A DNA stretch of 64,000 nt, from positions 2,528,001 through 2,592,000 of the forward strand of contig OY764159.1 of NCBI GenBank assembly GCA_963668175.1, in the 5' to 3' direction. Position 1 is the first letter of the stretch. Each line of letters opens with the position of its first letter. The notes below the pieces were generated by a model. The model searched no databases. It had not been told where the DNA came from and saw only the letters and a program-made list of their open reading frames with translations. The position numbers and the translations under genes were made by a program. Origin of the DNA: Syntrophales bacterium. GTDB taxonomy: Bacteria; Desulfobacterota; Syntrophia; Syntrophales; PHBD01. Shown here one piece after another: positions 1-9,650 of the stretch.

Positions 1-2586
1 TGTCACGCGGAGTAGTTCCTGCAACATATTGTTTCCAAACCAAGAGGCTCCTTTCTCGGCGGCCAGTCTGATGAAGTGACGGCAGATACGCGTGATGTCC
101 AGAACATAAAAGGTGAGACACGTAAATGCGAATCCGGACAGATAGATGATTTTGTCATCGACCCAGAGGCTGAACGCACCGCGAGCCGGTCGGAGCGGCG
201 AATTGAAGGCATCTAAGATTGACAAGCACAATGCCAAAGTGAGGAAATAGAGAATAAGAACGCGCTCTGTACGCTGGTCGTTCTTATCCTCCCGGAGGTA
301 GTCCATCCAAAGTTGGCCTATGGGTTGTCTATTGGGAGGATGTGTCGTCCATTGCCCATGGAAAGAGGTCAGCCAGTTCTTGACGTTCAGCACGGTGCTC
401 AAGAGAGAAGGCAAGATTAAGGCGATCTTTTCCCATGGCAGGGTATTGCTTTGGCCCTGGGGGTAGGCTGCGAAGCGGAAATCGTCGCGGATGAGTTCCT
501 CGTTCTCTCGGAGCTTCCTACGGGAGTTCCGCCAAAAAAATACGGAAAGGACGACGGCAAACAATCGGACCATTTCTGTAGGCCAGATACTGACGCCCTC
601 CATGATGAAGAACGGTTCCTCCCGAGGATTTCTGAGAATACCGTAGTAGAATAGACAAACCAGGAACATTGCAACTGCAACAGCAAGAAAGACGAACCGC
701 AAATTCTTGGACAGAATAGCGGTCACGCTTGTGAAGGTATTTTCGTGTACAAAGCAAAGAATCAGGAATGCAATGGCAATAATAATGATAATGATCCACA
801 TCCATTTCAAAAAAATATCCCTTACGTTTTCGCTTCGATGCACGGTTGGCTGGGCAAGGCCGTCCTTTGCCTCGATATCGGTCAGGAGAACCGGTTGACT
901 TCGGCCTATTTCGAAAAGCAAGGGCGGCGGTAACGTATCGAGATAGATCTTTTCCGGACTGTTCTCCTTCGTGAAGATTTTCAGAATCGTATAGAAGAGT
1001 GCTGTCTGATAACTGTCGCGGAAAGGGGGAACGGAGCCCTGAAGATCGACGGTTTTATCTTTTCGTAATGAGAGATCGAAATGGGAGGCGACAACAAGAT
1101 TCCGTGTCCATGGCAGATAGGCGGGATGAAGGAGGCGCGCATCCAGGTCCGTCGTAAAGAATATGGCCCGGGGAAAGTGCTGGCGGAATGCCTGCAGCGC
1201 CAGAAACTTGTCATAGAAATCGTTGCCCAGGATGCCGATGGCCTTGATCCCTCTTTCATGATCTTCAATTCTCAAGTCCTGATCGAGGCGCTTGGTTTCC
1301 AGCGCCAAACGCCGGAGATAGTCGAACTGACTGCGCCCGGTCGGCTGCTCGATTCTTTTCAGTTCTTCGAGGTCGGTATCTTTTTCCTTTTCCTTCTTTT
1401 TCGCTTCCCGGCCGTTCTGATCCCCCGTCACTTCTTCCTGGTTTCCGGGGATAATACCGTCAATGCCTCGCATATACGTGTATAGATGCAGCGTATTGTC
1501 GACGTTCTCATCGGGAAGCCTGCCTTCTATTGCTTTTGTCATCGCTTTCTTAAAGGCCTCGGGCAATTGCCGACCATACAGGGTGTCCATCTCGCCGACA
1601 AGGACGATGTGGTCACCCTTCCTGGGATCTATCCCGCGATTTGACAGCTCATTAATGAGGCTTTCCGCTATTGTTTGGTTCGTTCCAATCGTCCTGGCGT
1701 ATTCGATCCCGTGTTTAGACAGGCGCCAGATAATCTCAAATTCAGTCGTCTCCGATGTTCCCGTTAAGTTCATCAGCGGATCGTATAATGCGTGGTCGTC
1801 AACTGTGGCCATAGCCGAGAACATTTGGATGTGAGGAACCACGATAGAGTCCCGAGAATAAAAATTCGCGAATTGTATCATTTGCTGAAGCGTATCCGAG
1901 CCCGCGGGACCAATGATCCGAAAATGGACTCGATCGTCATCTCCGCGCAGACACTCGTTCAGACGCGACAAGCGAGTGAAGGGATCTTCTTTAAGGAAAT
2001 CGTCGTTCAGCCATAAGAGCAGGACGGCTTCGTCATTCCTGGAGTGGATAAACCATTCGAAAGGCGTGATGTTGGTCAACAACGGCCTGACAAACGTTAT
2101 ACGGTGGTCGGTTGTGATTTTCATATAATCGATATGATCAGGGTCCTTAGGCAGGAAGCCTCTTCTGCCGAGGGCGGAGAGAGCTGCATAACGCAGACGG
2201 ATGCGTTGCTCCGTATCTTCCGAATAAGGACCTCCGGAAACCATGATGCCCAAGATAGTTATGTGTCTACGGGCGTTAATTGCGCCTTTGAATTGATTTA
2301 CGACAAGGGGTTCGACGAGCTGCGTTTGGGTGCGTCCGGCGCACAACGTACATTGACCGGATACCGTGACGGAATGCGAGGTTTCGGGTGCTTTCGTATG
2401 ATCGATGACGGCCCGGAAGGGGTCCTGCCAGAGGCGGGCGGGCACTTTCTGCAAGGGATCGTAGACCTTGGTTTCGGTCGGCCGGAACGATTTGTACGGG
2501 GCCTGGACGAAGAAACTGATCCCCATGGCGGCCAAAAAGATGGCCAGGCCGGAAAAGGGCAGCATGGACCTGTTGTCGTTACCCAT
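1..2586 (-). CDS. Large hypothetical membrane protein, partial (runs off the left edge; not in the ORF track)
   Basis: Manual minus-strand translation from ATG at 2586: MGNDNRSMLPFSGLAIFLAAMG...ARLWQDPF...GRSQFDYLRRL...AIGILGNDFYDK...FFTTDLDARLLHP...PPFRDSYQT...EGVSIWPTE...LQELLRVT. Start and end segments share one frame and no stop was seen in the segments read; several hydrophobic helices. Confidence 0.85.
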   Translation of the reverse strand, partial: MGNDNRSMLPFSGLAIFLAAMGISFFVQAPYKSFRPTETKVYDPLQKVPARLWQDPFRAVIDHTKAPETSHSVTVSGQCTLCAGRTQTQLVEPLVVNQFKGAINARRHITILGIMVSGGPYSEDTEQRIRLRYAALSALGRRGFLPKDPDHIDYMKITTDHRITFVRPLLTNITPFEWFIHSRNDEAVLLLWLNDDFLKEDPFTRLSRLNECLRGDDDRVHFRIIGPAGSDTLQQMIQFANFYSRDSIVVPHIQMFSAMATVDDHALYDPLMNLTGTSETTEFEIIWRLSKHGIEYARTIGTNQTIAESLINELSNRGIDPRKGDHIVLVGEMDTLYGRQLPEAFKKAMTKAIEGRLPDENVDNTLHLYTYMRGIDGIIPGNQEEVTGDQNGREAKKKEKEKDTDLEELKRIEQPTGRSQFDYLRRLALETKRLDQDLRIEDHERGIKAIGILGNDFYDKFLALQAFRQHFPRAIFFTTDLDARLLHPAYLPWTRNLVVASHFDLSLRKDKTVDLQGSVPPFRDSYQTALFYTILKIFTKENSPEKIYLDTLPPPLLFEIGRSQPVLLTDIEAKDGLAQPTVHRSENVRDIFLKWMWIIIIIIAIAFLILCFVHENTFTSVTAILSKNLRFVFLAVAVAMFLVCLFYYGILRNPREEPFFIMEGVSIWPTEMVRLFAVVLSVFFWRNSRRKLRENEELIRDDFRFAAYPQGQSNTLPWEKIALILPSLLSTVLNVKNWLTSFHGQWTTHPPNRQPIGQLWMDYLREDKNDQRTERVLILYFLTLALCLSILDAFNSPLRPARGAFSLWVDDKIIYLSGFAFTCLTFYVLDITRICRHFIRLAAEKGASWFGNNMLQELLRVT

Positions 2587-3027
2587 GACGTCACCAGTTT
2601 TAATGTCTCAACACGGTCAACTGGTAAGCGCTTGTCTCGTCAGCCGTCATTCGTCGCACCGGCAAAGCCGCGTTGCACTTGCATCCGAGAGACTTGGGGC
2701 GTACAGGTTTGAGGGGTTAGGGAAAGCGTGGTGCGCAGTGAAGATAATCGCTTACATACCGTACAGGTCAATGACTTCAGCGTGGAAGCGAAGAGAAATG
2801 TAAGTAGCTGCAATGAGTATGGTTACATTAAAGCACAATTTTGTACAGGAGTCAATTGATATTTATGATGAATACAAATAAGGAATAGGAGTAATCGCCC
2901 TCATATTTTGAACGCGGGGGTGTTGTCGTCATGCGGGACGACGTGTATTGAGAATATGAAAAAATGTTTGAAGCGGGCGGGAGCGTTCCGACGGGCCATT
3001 CGCTTCGGACTTTAGTGTCGGCTTCGC

Positions 3028-3900
3028 TCACGTTTTATCCGGCAGGGCATCGGGCAGGGGCCAGCGGAACATTTCGTCGTCCATAACGCCGGAACAGACC
3101 CTGGTTACGGGGCCGGTCATGACGGCGTGGAAGCCGTCGCGGAAGGCGATGTGGATCGTGCCGCCCGGCATGTGCACGGCGATGTCCCCATCGCACAGGC
3201 CGAGCTTGTGCGCCACTGCCGCGGCGGCGGTGCTGCTGCTTCCCGAGGCCAGGGTGTATCCGGCGCCCCGTTCCCAGATCTCGATGCGGATGTTGCCCCG
3301 GTCCAGGACCTTCATGAACTGAACGTTGGTCCGGTTCGGGAACCGCCGGTCGTTCTCGATGAGCGGGCCGTAGCGCCGGGCGTCCTCCGCCGTCGGCTTG
3401 TCGATGAGGATAACGCAGTGCGGGTTGCCGACCGTCGCTGCAGAGAATTTGAAAACTTTCCCGTCCACGAGCATCTCTTCGTTGAGGACGTCCCGCGGCG
3501 GCCCGGTGACGGGGATGATCCGGCTGTCGAAAACGACTTCGCCCATTTCGACCTCGACCGTCCCGCCGCCGGGAGCGACCCGGCAAGACACCTTCCCGCC
3601 GGGCGTCTCCACGGTGAAGCTGTCGTTTCCCGCGAGGCCTTCGTCGTAGAGCGACCGGGCAAAGATGCGCAGGCCGTTGCCGCTCTTTTCCGCCTCGCTG
3701 CCGTCCGGATTGAAGATGCGGAGGCCGAAATCGCAGGTGGCGCTCGCCAGCGGCCCGTAGAGGATGCCGTCGGAGCCGATGCCGTAGTTGCGGTGGCAGA
3801 CGATGCGAACGATATCGGGGGAGGGTACGCCGTCGAGGGCCTGCGGGCCGAGGACGATGTAATCGTTTCCCAGGGCGTGATATTTCAGAAACGGGATCAT
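3028..3900 (-). CDS. dapF: Diaminopimelate epimerase
   Basis: FLKYHALGNDY, GIGSDG, NPDGSEAEKSGNGLR, GNPHC, WERGAGYTLASGS motifs (Ser at both usual catalytic Cys positions). Confidence 0.9.
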   Translation of the reverse strand: MIPFLKYHALGNDYIVLGPQALDGVPSPDIVRIVCHRNYGIGSDGILYGPLASATCDFGLRIFNPDGSEAEKSGNGLRIFARSLYDEGLAGNDSFTVETPGGKVSCRVAPGGGTVEVEMGEVVFDSRIIPVTGPPRDVLNEEMLVDGKVFKFSAATVGNPHCVILIDKPTAEDARRYGPLIENDRRFPNRTNVQFMKVLDRGNIRIEIWERGAGYTLASGSSSTAAAAVAHKLGLCDGDIAVHMPGGTIHIAFRDGFHAVMTGPVTRVCSGVMDDEMFRWPLPDALPDKT

Positions 3901-3978
3901 GCTTTTTTCCTTTATCTTTGAAAGAAAAACCGGGGCGGCACGGGAACGGTTCCGGATATCGGGCCGTCGAATATCCGT

Positions 3979-4401
3979 TTACTCTGTGAATCCCTTTTCC
4001 CGCATGACGTCCGCGTGCCTGAAACGGGCCATGGCCGTCTTCATCCGCCGGAAGCCGAGCTTTTCGTAAAACGATTCCCTGCCGATGTTCGCATACAGGA
4101 TGATGTTGCCGGCGGGCAGTCTCTCCAGGATACGATTCATGACGGCGGTGCCGATGCCCTGCTTCTGATATGCAGGAACGATGGCGACATCGTAGACGGC
4201 GGATTGGTAAACGCCGTCGGAGACGGCCCGGCCGAAGCCGATCATGGTCCCTTCCCGATAGACGAAGACGACGGCGTAGCTGCTCTCGAAGGCCTTTTTA
4301 TGGTTCTCGGGCCGGTGGTACGCCATGCCGACGAGGCGCAGAGTGTCGGAAACCTTCTGCCAGTCCACGCCGGTGCAATCGTTTTTGAACTCCAGTTCCA
4401 T
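3979..4401 (-). CDS. GNAT family N-acetyltransferase
   Basis: IGFGRAVSDG, DVAIVPAYQKQGIG acetyl-CoA motif A, FYEKLGF; start could be 4419. Confidence 0.88.
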   Translation of the reverse strand: MELEFKNDCTGVDWQKVSDTLRLVGMAYHRPENHKKAFESSYAVVFVYREGTMIGFGRAVSDGVYQSAVYDVAIVPAYQKQGIGTAVMNRILERLPAGNIILYANIGRESFYEKLGFRRMKTAMARFRHADVMREKGFTE

Positions 4402-4411
4402 GACGAAGCCT

Positions 4412-4978
4412 TCAGGCATACAACTTCTTCACGAGCCAGGCCATCCGCCGACCGAGGTTCTGCGCCAGGCCGATGCCCTCCGGGTCCTTCTCGACATCGC
4501 CCTTGTCGCGGGCCATGCAATGCGCCCGGCCGGCGATGATCAGGTCGTTGGAGAGGAAGAAATGGTTCATCGTCTCGATGGCGTGCAGGGAGCCCGTGCG
4601 GCGGAAGCAGGCGACGGAGGCCCCGACCTTGTCCCGGTACATCTTGTCGTTGGCGAGTCCGACGAAGCCCGCCCTATCGACGAGGGCCTTCATTTCCGCC
4701 GGGACGTCCTGGAAGAAGGACGGGGCCCCGAGGACGACGCCCTGCGCCTCCGCGATCTTTTCGATGTACTCGTTGGCCGCGTCTTTCTTGACGGCGCACC
4801 GTCCATCCCTGTTCTCGAAGCATTTGTAGCAGGCGATGCAGCCGCGGATGGGTTTCGCCGAAAGCTGGACGATTTCGGTCGCGATGCCCTCCTTCTCGAT
4901 CTCGCGCATGAGATAACCCATGAGCGCCGTCGTGTTGCCGTCTTTCCGCGGACTGCCGTTGAAGCCTACGACCTTCAT
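4412..4978 (-). CDS. Iron-sulfur flavoprotein / NADPH-dependent FMN reductase family
   Basis: GSPRKDGNT FMN-binding motif and CIACYKC-x6-C cluster motif. Confidence 0.9.
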   Translation of the reverse strand: MKVVGFNGSPRKDGNTTALMGYLMREIEKEGIATEIVQLSAKPIRGCIACYKCFENRDGRCAVKKDAANEYIEKIAEAQGVVLGAPSFFQDVPAEMKALVDRAGFVGLANDKMYRDKVGASVACFRRTGSLHAIETMNHFFLSNDLIIAGRAHCMARDKGDVEKDPEGIGLAQNLGRRMAWLVKKLYA

Positions 4979-5144
4979 GCCTTGCCTCCTTGATTTTCGT
5001 GCTGTGCGGGCGGGGTGTTTCCGGGGAAGGGGAATGCCCCATGCCTCCCGCCGCCATGATTCTTGCAGGATTGAAGACGGTTTGGCAGGAGTTTATTGTC
5101 TGCGGCCGCCCTGTGTCCTGTCCGTTCCTTCGACGGCGCCGGGT

Positions 5145-5507
5145 TTACCGCGGTTTCATCTGCCAGAGGCCGAAGACCGCTCCCGTCGGATCGGCGAGAA
5201 TACTGAACCAGCCCATGTCCTTGACCTCCATGATGTCTTTTCTCACGACGGCGCCCAGGCGCAGGGCCTTTTTCGTGGCGGCCCCGACGTCGTCGACGAG
5301 GATATAGGGCAGCCAGACCGAAGGTGCGCCGGGGATGGGGTGCTGCATCATGCCGCCGCCTGTTCCTTCGCCGACCTTGATGATCGAATAGACGCCTTCC
5401 GGCGATGCGTAGTCTTCCAGATTCCAGTCAAAAAGCTTCGTGTAAAACGCTTTCGCGCTTTTAATATCTGTCGTGTTCAGTTCCACGTGAACGAATGGAT
5501 TTCCCAT
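5145..5507 (-). CDS. VOC/glyoxalase family protein
   Basis: MGNPFVHVELNT...AKAFY..LFDW, WLPYILVDDV, DPTGAVFGLWQ; GGAGG SD before ATG 5507. Confidence 0.88.
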   Translation of the reverse strand: MGNPFVHVELNTTDIKSAKAFYTKLFDWNLEDYASPEGVYSIIKVGEGTGGGMMQHPIPGAPSVWLPYILVDDVGAATKKALRLGAVVRKDIMEVKDMGWFSILADPTGAVFGLWQMKPR

Positions 5508-5916
5508 GGGTCCTCCTTGTGTCGCAGGCTTTTCCCTCCAAGGCCGGGTCGCTGCGGCGTCGATTCGCCCCGGCTGATATCCGTCGCCGTCCGGACCGCC
5601 GTTCGGTTCGAACCGGATTCTGTTACATATAACAGATGGCGGGCGCAGAAACAATGAGGATCGACAGGCAGAGGACCGACGGCGGAAAGATCAAGGGTCG
5701 GGAGGGACGGCGGGAATGCATGGTGACGTCCGTTCTCGGGTTTCGTCCGGAAATCCGGACGGGACGGCAGCGGGGGTGTGCCCGTGGACCGGGAGGAACG
5801 GTCGGAAGCGCAAGAGCCGTCCACCGAAGGACGGCCCTTGCGAATATCCGTGCAGCGGTTGTATCGGGGGCGTTCATCCCCGTGCGTCGTCGAATCTCTG
5901 CCGCGACCCGCAACCC

Positions 5917-7791
5917 TTATGCCGGAAGCCCGAGGCCCTTGCGCTTGGCGGCGATATGGGCGGTGATGAGTTCGCAGGCCTTCACGGGGTCCGGTTCTAC
6001 GGCGAAGCAGGCCCCGAAAACGCCGTTCAGGCCCGATGTCGCCAGCTCCACGACCTTCTTGCTTCCCGCAATCGGCGGCATGACGCCGAGGACGGTATAG
6101 ATGCCGCTCGCCATGACGTAAAAGGCGATGGCGACGGCCTTTTCCGAATACCATTCGGGGGCGGCGCCCGCCAGGGGCAGCTTGTCGATGTCCACGCCGA
6201 TGGCGTTCGCCAGGGCGCAGGCGATAACCAATATCCGGGAGTTGTCCACGCACGAGCCGACATGGAGCACCGGCGGCACGCCGAGGGCTCCGCAGATTTC
6301 CTTGAGGCCGGGGCCCGCCATCTCCTTCGCCTCGGGGACCTGCAGGCCCGCCTTGCCGGCGGCGACGTTGACGCAGCCCGTCGTGAGCACGAGGATATCG
6401 TTTTTGATCAATCCCTTGATCAGTTCGACGTGCCCGTAGTCGTGCCTGATCTTCGGGTTGTTGCAGCCGACGACGCCGGCCGCGCCCTTGATCTTGCCCG
6501 CCTTGATCGCGTCGATGAGCGGCGCGAGGGTGCCCCCAAGGGCGCCGACGACGGCTTCCACGGAGAAGCCCGTCATGGTCGTGACCGGCCCCACGGGGAT
6601 CGAAACCCGTTTCTTGTCGCGACGGGCGAAGTTCTCCACGGCCTCGCGGACGATGCGGAAGGCCTGTTCCCTGGCGTTCGACGCCGTGAACTCGACGTGC
6701 TCCATGAGGTTGAAGTGCGCCTTTTCGGACGTCGTGTACATCTTCGTGTGGTAGCACTGGGCGACCCGTCCCATGGAGGGCATGATGCACTGGTAATCGA
6801 CGATGACGGCTTCCGCGGCCCCGGTCACGATGACCAGCTCCGTCATCAGGTGGTTGCCGGCCATGGGGATCTTCCTGCGCATCATGAGCTCGTTGCCGGT
6901 GCAGCACAGGCCGGCGAGATTGATCCCGGAGGCGCCATTCTTCTTGGCCAGGGCCAGCAGTTCCTTATCCTGCGCGGCGATCATCACCATCTCGGAGACG
7001 AGGGGGTTGTGCCCGTGCACGAGGATGTTGACCTGGTCCTCCTTGAGGACGCCGAGGTTGACGGTCGACATGCCGGGCGCGGGCGTTCCGAAGATGATGT
7101 CCGAAACCTCCGTGCCGATCATGGAGCCGCCGTACCCGTCGGCGAGGCTGCTCCGGACCGCCTGGAGCAGGATGGAGACATACTCGTTGTCGACGCCCAT
7201 GTGGGTGCGGTGCATCATCTCGGCGATCTCCCTGTCGATGCCCCGGGGGACGACGTTGACCTTTTTCCAGATATCGCGGCGCGACTGCGGCGCCCGGGCC
7301 GTAAGGGCGACCATCTCCTTCTTGATGCCGAAGTCGTCCATCATCGCGTCGGCGAGCTTGGCCGCTATCTCCTTGTCGGACGCGCTTTTCGCGTCGATGC
7401 CGTATTCCTTGGCTACGGCGCGCAGCTTGGCCGGGTCGCTGATCTTGTAGTCGGCGGTCTTGCCGCGGCCGATCTCGTCCAGGACGAGGACGAGGTCGCG
7501 GCCGTGATCGGAGTGGGAAGCGGCCCCCGCCGCGACCATGCGGGCGAGGTTGCGGGCGACGATGATGTCGGCGTCCGCGCCGCATACGCCGTACTGAGGC
7601 CCTTCGCCGAACGGATCGATGCGGCAGGGTCCCATGGCGCAGATGCGGCAGGATACGCCGAGTTCGCAGTACCCGCACTGCGGTTCCTGCTTCTTGAGCC
7701 TGTCCCAGGCCGTTTCGACGCCTTCGTCCAGGGCTTTCTTCAGCATCGCTTGCGCGTCCTTGCATATGGTCAGGTCTTCGAATCCGCTCAT
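5917..7791 (-). CDS. cooS: Anaerobic Ni-Fe carbon monoxide dehydrogenase catalytic subunit
   Basis: CGYCELGVSCRICAMGPC, HSDHGR, HGHNP, CCTGNE, DYQC, GCNN, TGC, GSCVDNSR, WYSEKA: B/C/D-cluster ligands and catalytic His/Lys present. Confidence 0.97.
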   Translation of the reverse strand: MSGFEDLTICKDAQAMLKKALDEGVETAWDRLKKQEPQCGYCELGVSCRICAMGPCRIDPFGEGPQYGVCGADADIIVARNLARMVAAGAASHSDHGRDLVLVLDEIGRGKTADYKISDPAKLRAVAKEYGIDAKSASDKEIAAKLADAMMDDFGIKKEMVALTARAPQSRRDIWKKVNVVPRGIDREIAEMMHRTHMGVDNEYVSILLQAVRSSLADGYGGSMIGTEVSDIIFGTPAPGMSTVNLGVLKEDQVNILVHGHNPLVSEMVMIAAQDKELLALAKKNGASGINLAGLCCTGNELMMRRKIPMAGNHLMTELVIVTGAAEAVIVDYQCIMPSMGRVAQCYHTKMYTTSEKAHFNLMEHVEFTASNAREQAFRIVREAVENFARRDKKRVSIPVGPVTTMTGFSVEAVVGALGGTLAPLIDAIKAGKIKGAAGVVGCNNPKIRHDYGHVELIKGLIKNDILVLTTGCVNVAAGKAGLQVPEAKEMAGPGLKEICGALGVPPVLHVGSCVDNSRILVIACALANAIGVDIDKLPLAGAAPEWYSEKAVAIAFYVMASGIYTVLGVMPPIAGSKKVVELATSGLNGVFGACFAVEPDPVKACELITAHIAAKRKGLGLPA

Positions 7792-8399
7792 GGCTGCCTC
7801 CTTCTCAAATCGTTGAGCCTCTGTTTATAGGCCGCGAGGAACGAGAAAGCGTCGTCCCGCCCGGCTTCTTCACGGACTTCCTCCCGGACGCCCAGCCAGA
7901 CGAGCGAGGCCAGTTTCGCGGCGTCCCGGTCCATCTGCCGGTTGACCTCGTCGAAGACGAGGGCTCCCGTCTTGCAGGCGGCGACGCAGGCGGGGACTTT
8001 TCCCTCGGCCTGCCGTTCGATGCACTGGTCGCATTTATGGGCCGCCTCGCGGTTCGGGATGTAGGTGTAGTAACGGACCACGGCAAAGGGGCAGGCCATG
8101 GCGCACATCCCGCAATTGATGCAACGGTCCCGGTTGATGAGGACGACGCCGTCTTCGCCGGTCCGGTAGATGGCCTTGGTGATGCAGGCCAGCTCGCACG
8201 GGGCGGGTTCGCAGTGGCGGCACTTGTTGGGAAAATTGTTCCCGCCGGAGGAGAGGTAGATGCGGATGCGCGGCTTCGACAGGATCGGCTCGTAGACGGC
8301 CCCCACCGGGGTCTTGCTCGCCGAGTGGGCGACGGCGCACTGGAAGCTGCATTGGTGGCATCCCACGCAGCGTTCGGGTCTGACGATCACGGTTTTCAT
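7788..8399 (-). CDS. cooF: CooF-like 4Fe-4S ferredoxin
   Basis: MKTVIVRPERCVGCHQC..., CRHCEPAPC, CINCGMCAMACPF, KCDQC...PACVAACKTGAL; overlaps cooS start by 4 nt. Confidence 0.92.
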   Translation of the reverse strand: MKTVIVRPERCVGCHQCSFQCAVAHSASKTPVGAVYEPILSKPRIRIYLSSGGNNFPNKCRHCEPAPCELACITKAIYRTGEDGVVLINRDRCINCGMCAMACPFAVVRYYTYIPNREAAHKCDQCIERQAEGKVPACVAACKTGALVFDEVNRQMDRDAAKLASLVWLGVREEVREEAGRDDAFSFLAAYKQRLNDLRRRQP

Positions 8400-8410
8400 G
8401 ACGGCCTCCG

Positions 8411-9628
8411 TTAAAGGGGTTTCATCAAATCGCTGATGGCGATCTCGCCGTTGACGGCTTTTTGGGGATCCACGGTAAGCGGCTCGGCCTTCCTTATCAG
8501 GTTGACGAACAGGCCCGCGTCTTCGGGGCAGTTGTAGAAGGCCAGCCCCACGGGGACATCGCCGCGGCAGGCGATTTTCCGGAACTGCTTCCGGGCCGGG
8601 ACGGACTTTTCGTAGACGGTAAGACCGGCGTCGCCCTTCAGCACGCCGGCCGAGATGAGGTGGAAGGCCGATGTCTTCAGGCTGTTCATGGCGACGGTCC
8701 CTCCGTAGCGGGAGGGGTAGCCGGCCATGTTCAGGGCGGCGTAGTAGCCCTGTTCCGCCGCCGCGGGCCAAAGGCCGATGATCTGGGGTTCGCTGCGGGC
8801 CGGGTCGTATGTCTCGCAGCAATCGCCGGCGGCGAAAATATCCGGTACGGACGTTTCCATGTGTTCGTCGACGGCGATGCCCTCGCCGATTTTTACCCCC
8901 GCCGTCGTCGCCAGGGCGAGATCGGGCCTGACGCCCTTGCCGGCCACGACGACGTCGCTATCGATCGTTCGGCCCGAATTGAGAGAAATTTGCTGCCTGC
9001 CGTTCCGGAAGTCTACGGCGGCGATGTCGTCGCCCGTCGTGATTTTGAGGCCCAGGCCGGCCAGGTCCTTTTCGAGGTGACGGCCGGAGGCCTCGTCCAG
9101 GACCATGGCGAGGGGGTAGGGGGACGCGACGACCATCTCCGCGGCGGCGTTTCTCGCGATGAAGCCATAGGCGGTCTTGATGCCGATGAACCCGCCGCCG
9201 GCGACGACTGCCCGGTCCTTGACCGCGGCGGCGATCTTGCGGGCGTCGTCCATGGTGCGGAGGACGAAGCAGTTCTTCCCTTCGTCGCAGTAGGGCGGTT
9301 TTACCGCCCCTGCGCCCGTGGCGATGAGGAGCTTGTCGTAGGCGAGCGTCTCGCCGTCTTCGAGGCGGACGGTCTTTCCGGCCGTGTCGATCCGTTCGGC
9401 CTTCCTGCCCCCGACGAACCGGACGCCGCGGGGGAGATCGGCGGGCGCCTTGATCGTCAATTCGGCTTCCGTCAGGGAGCGGCCGATGTAGTAGGAAAGA
9501 AGGCAGCGGCAGTAGGGGGGATAAGGTTCCCCGGAGACGACGGTGACAACGGCCCCCGGAGCGACTTTGTTCAGGGTGTCCAGGCAGGAGAGCCCGGCGG
9601 CGCTGGCGCCGATAATGACAATGTCCAT
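8411..9628 (-). CDS. FAD/NAD(P)-dependent oxidoreductase (FNOR, NirB/rubredoxin reductase-like)
   Basis: IIGASAAG, YCRC, LLIATG, GGGFIG, TSVPDIFAAGD; lies inside the coo operon. Confidence 0.9.
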   Translation of the reverse strand: MDIVIIGASAAGLSCLDTLNKVAPGAVVTVVSGEPYPPYCRCLLSYYIGRSLTEAELTIKAPADLPRGVRFVGGRKAERIDTAGKTVRLEDGETLAYDKLLIATGAGAVKPPYCDEGKNCFVLRTMDDARKIAAAVKDRAVVAGGGFIGIKTAYGFIARNAAAEMVVASPYPLAMVLDEASGRHLEKDLAGLGLKITTGDDIAAVDFRNGRQQISLNSGRTIDSDVVVAGKGVRPDLALATTAGVKIGEGIAVDEHMETSVPDIFAAGDCCETYDPARSEPQIIGLWPAAAEQGYYAALNMAGYPSRYGGTVAMNSLKTSAFHLISAGVLKGDAGLTVYEKSVPARKQFRKIACRGDVPVGLAFYNCPEDAGLFVNLIRKAEPLTVDPQKAVNGEIAISDLMKPL

Positions 9629-9650
9629 ACCCCGTATCTCCTTTCGGAAA

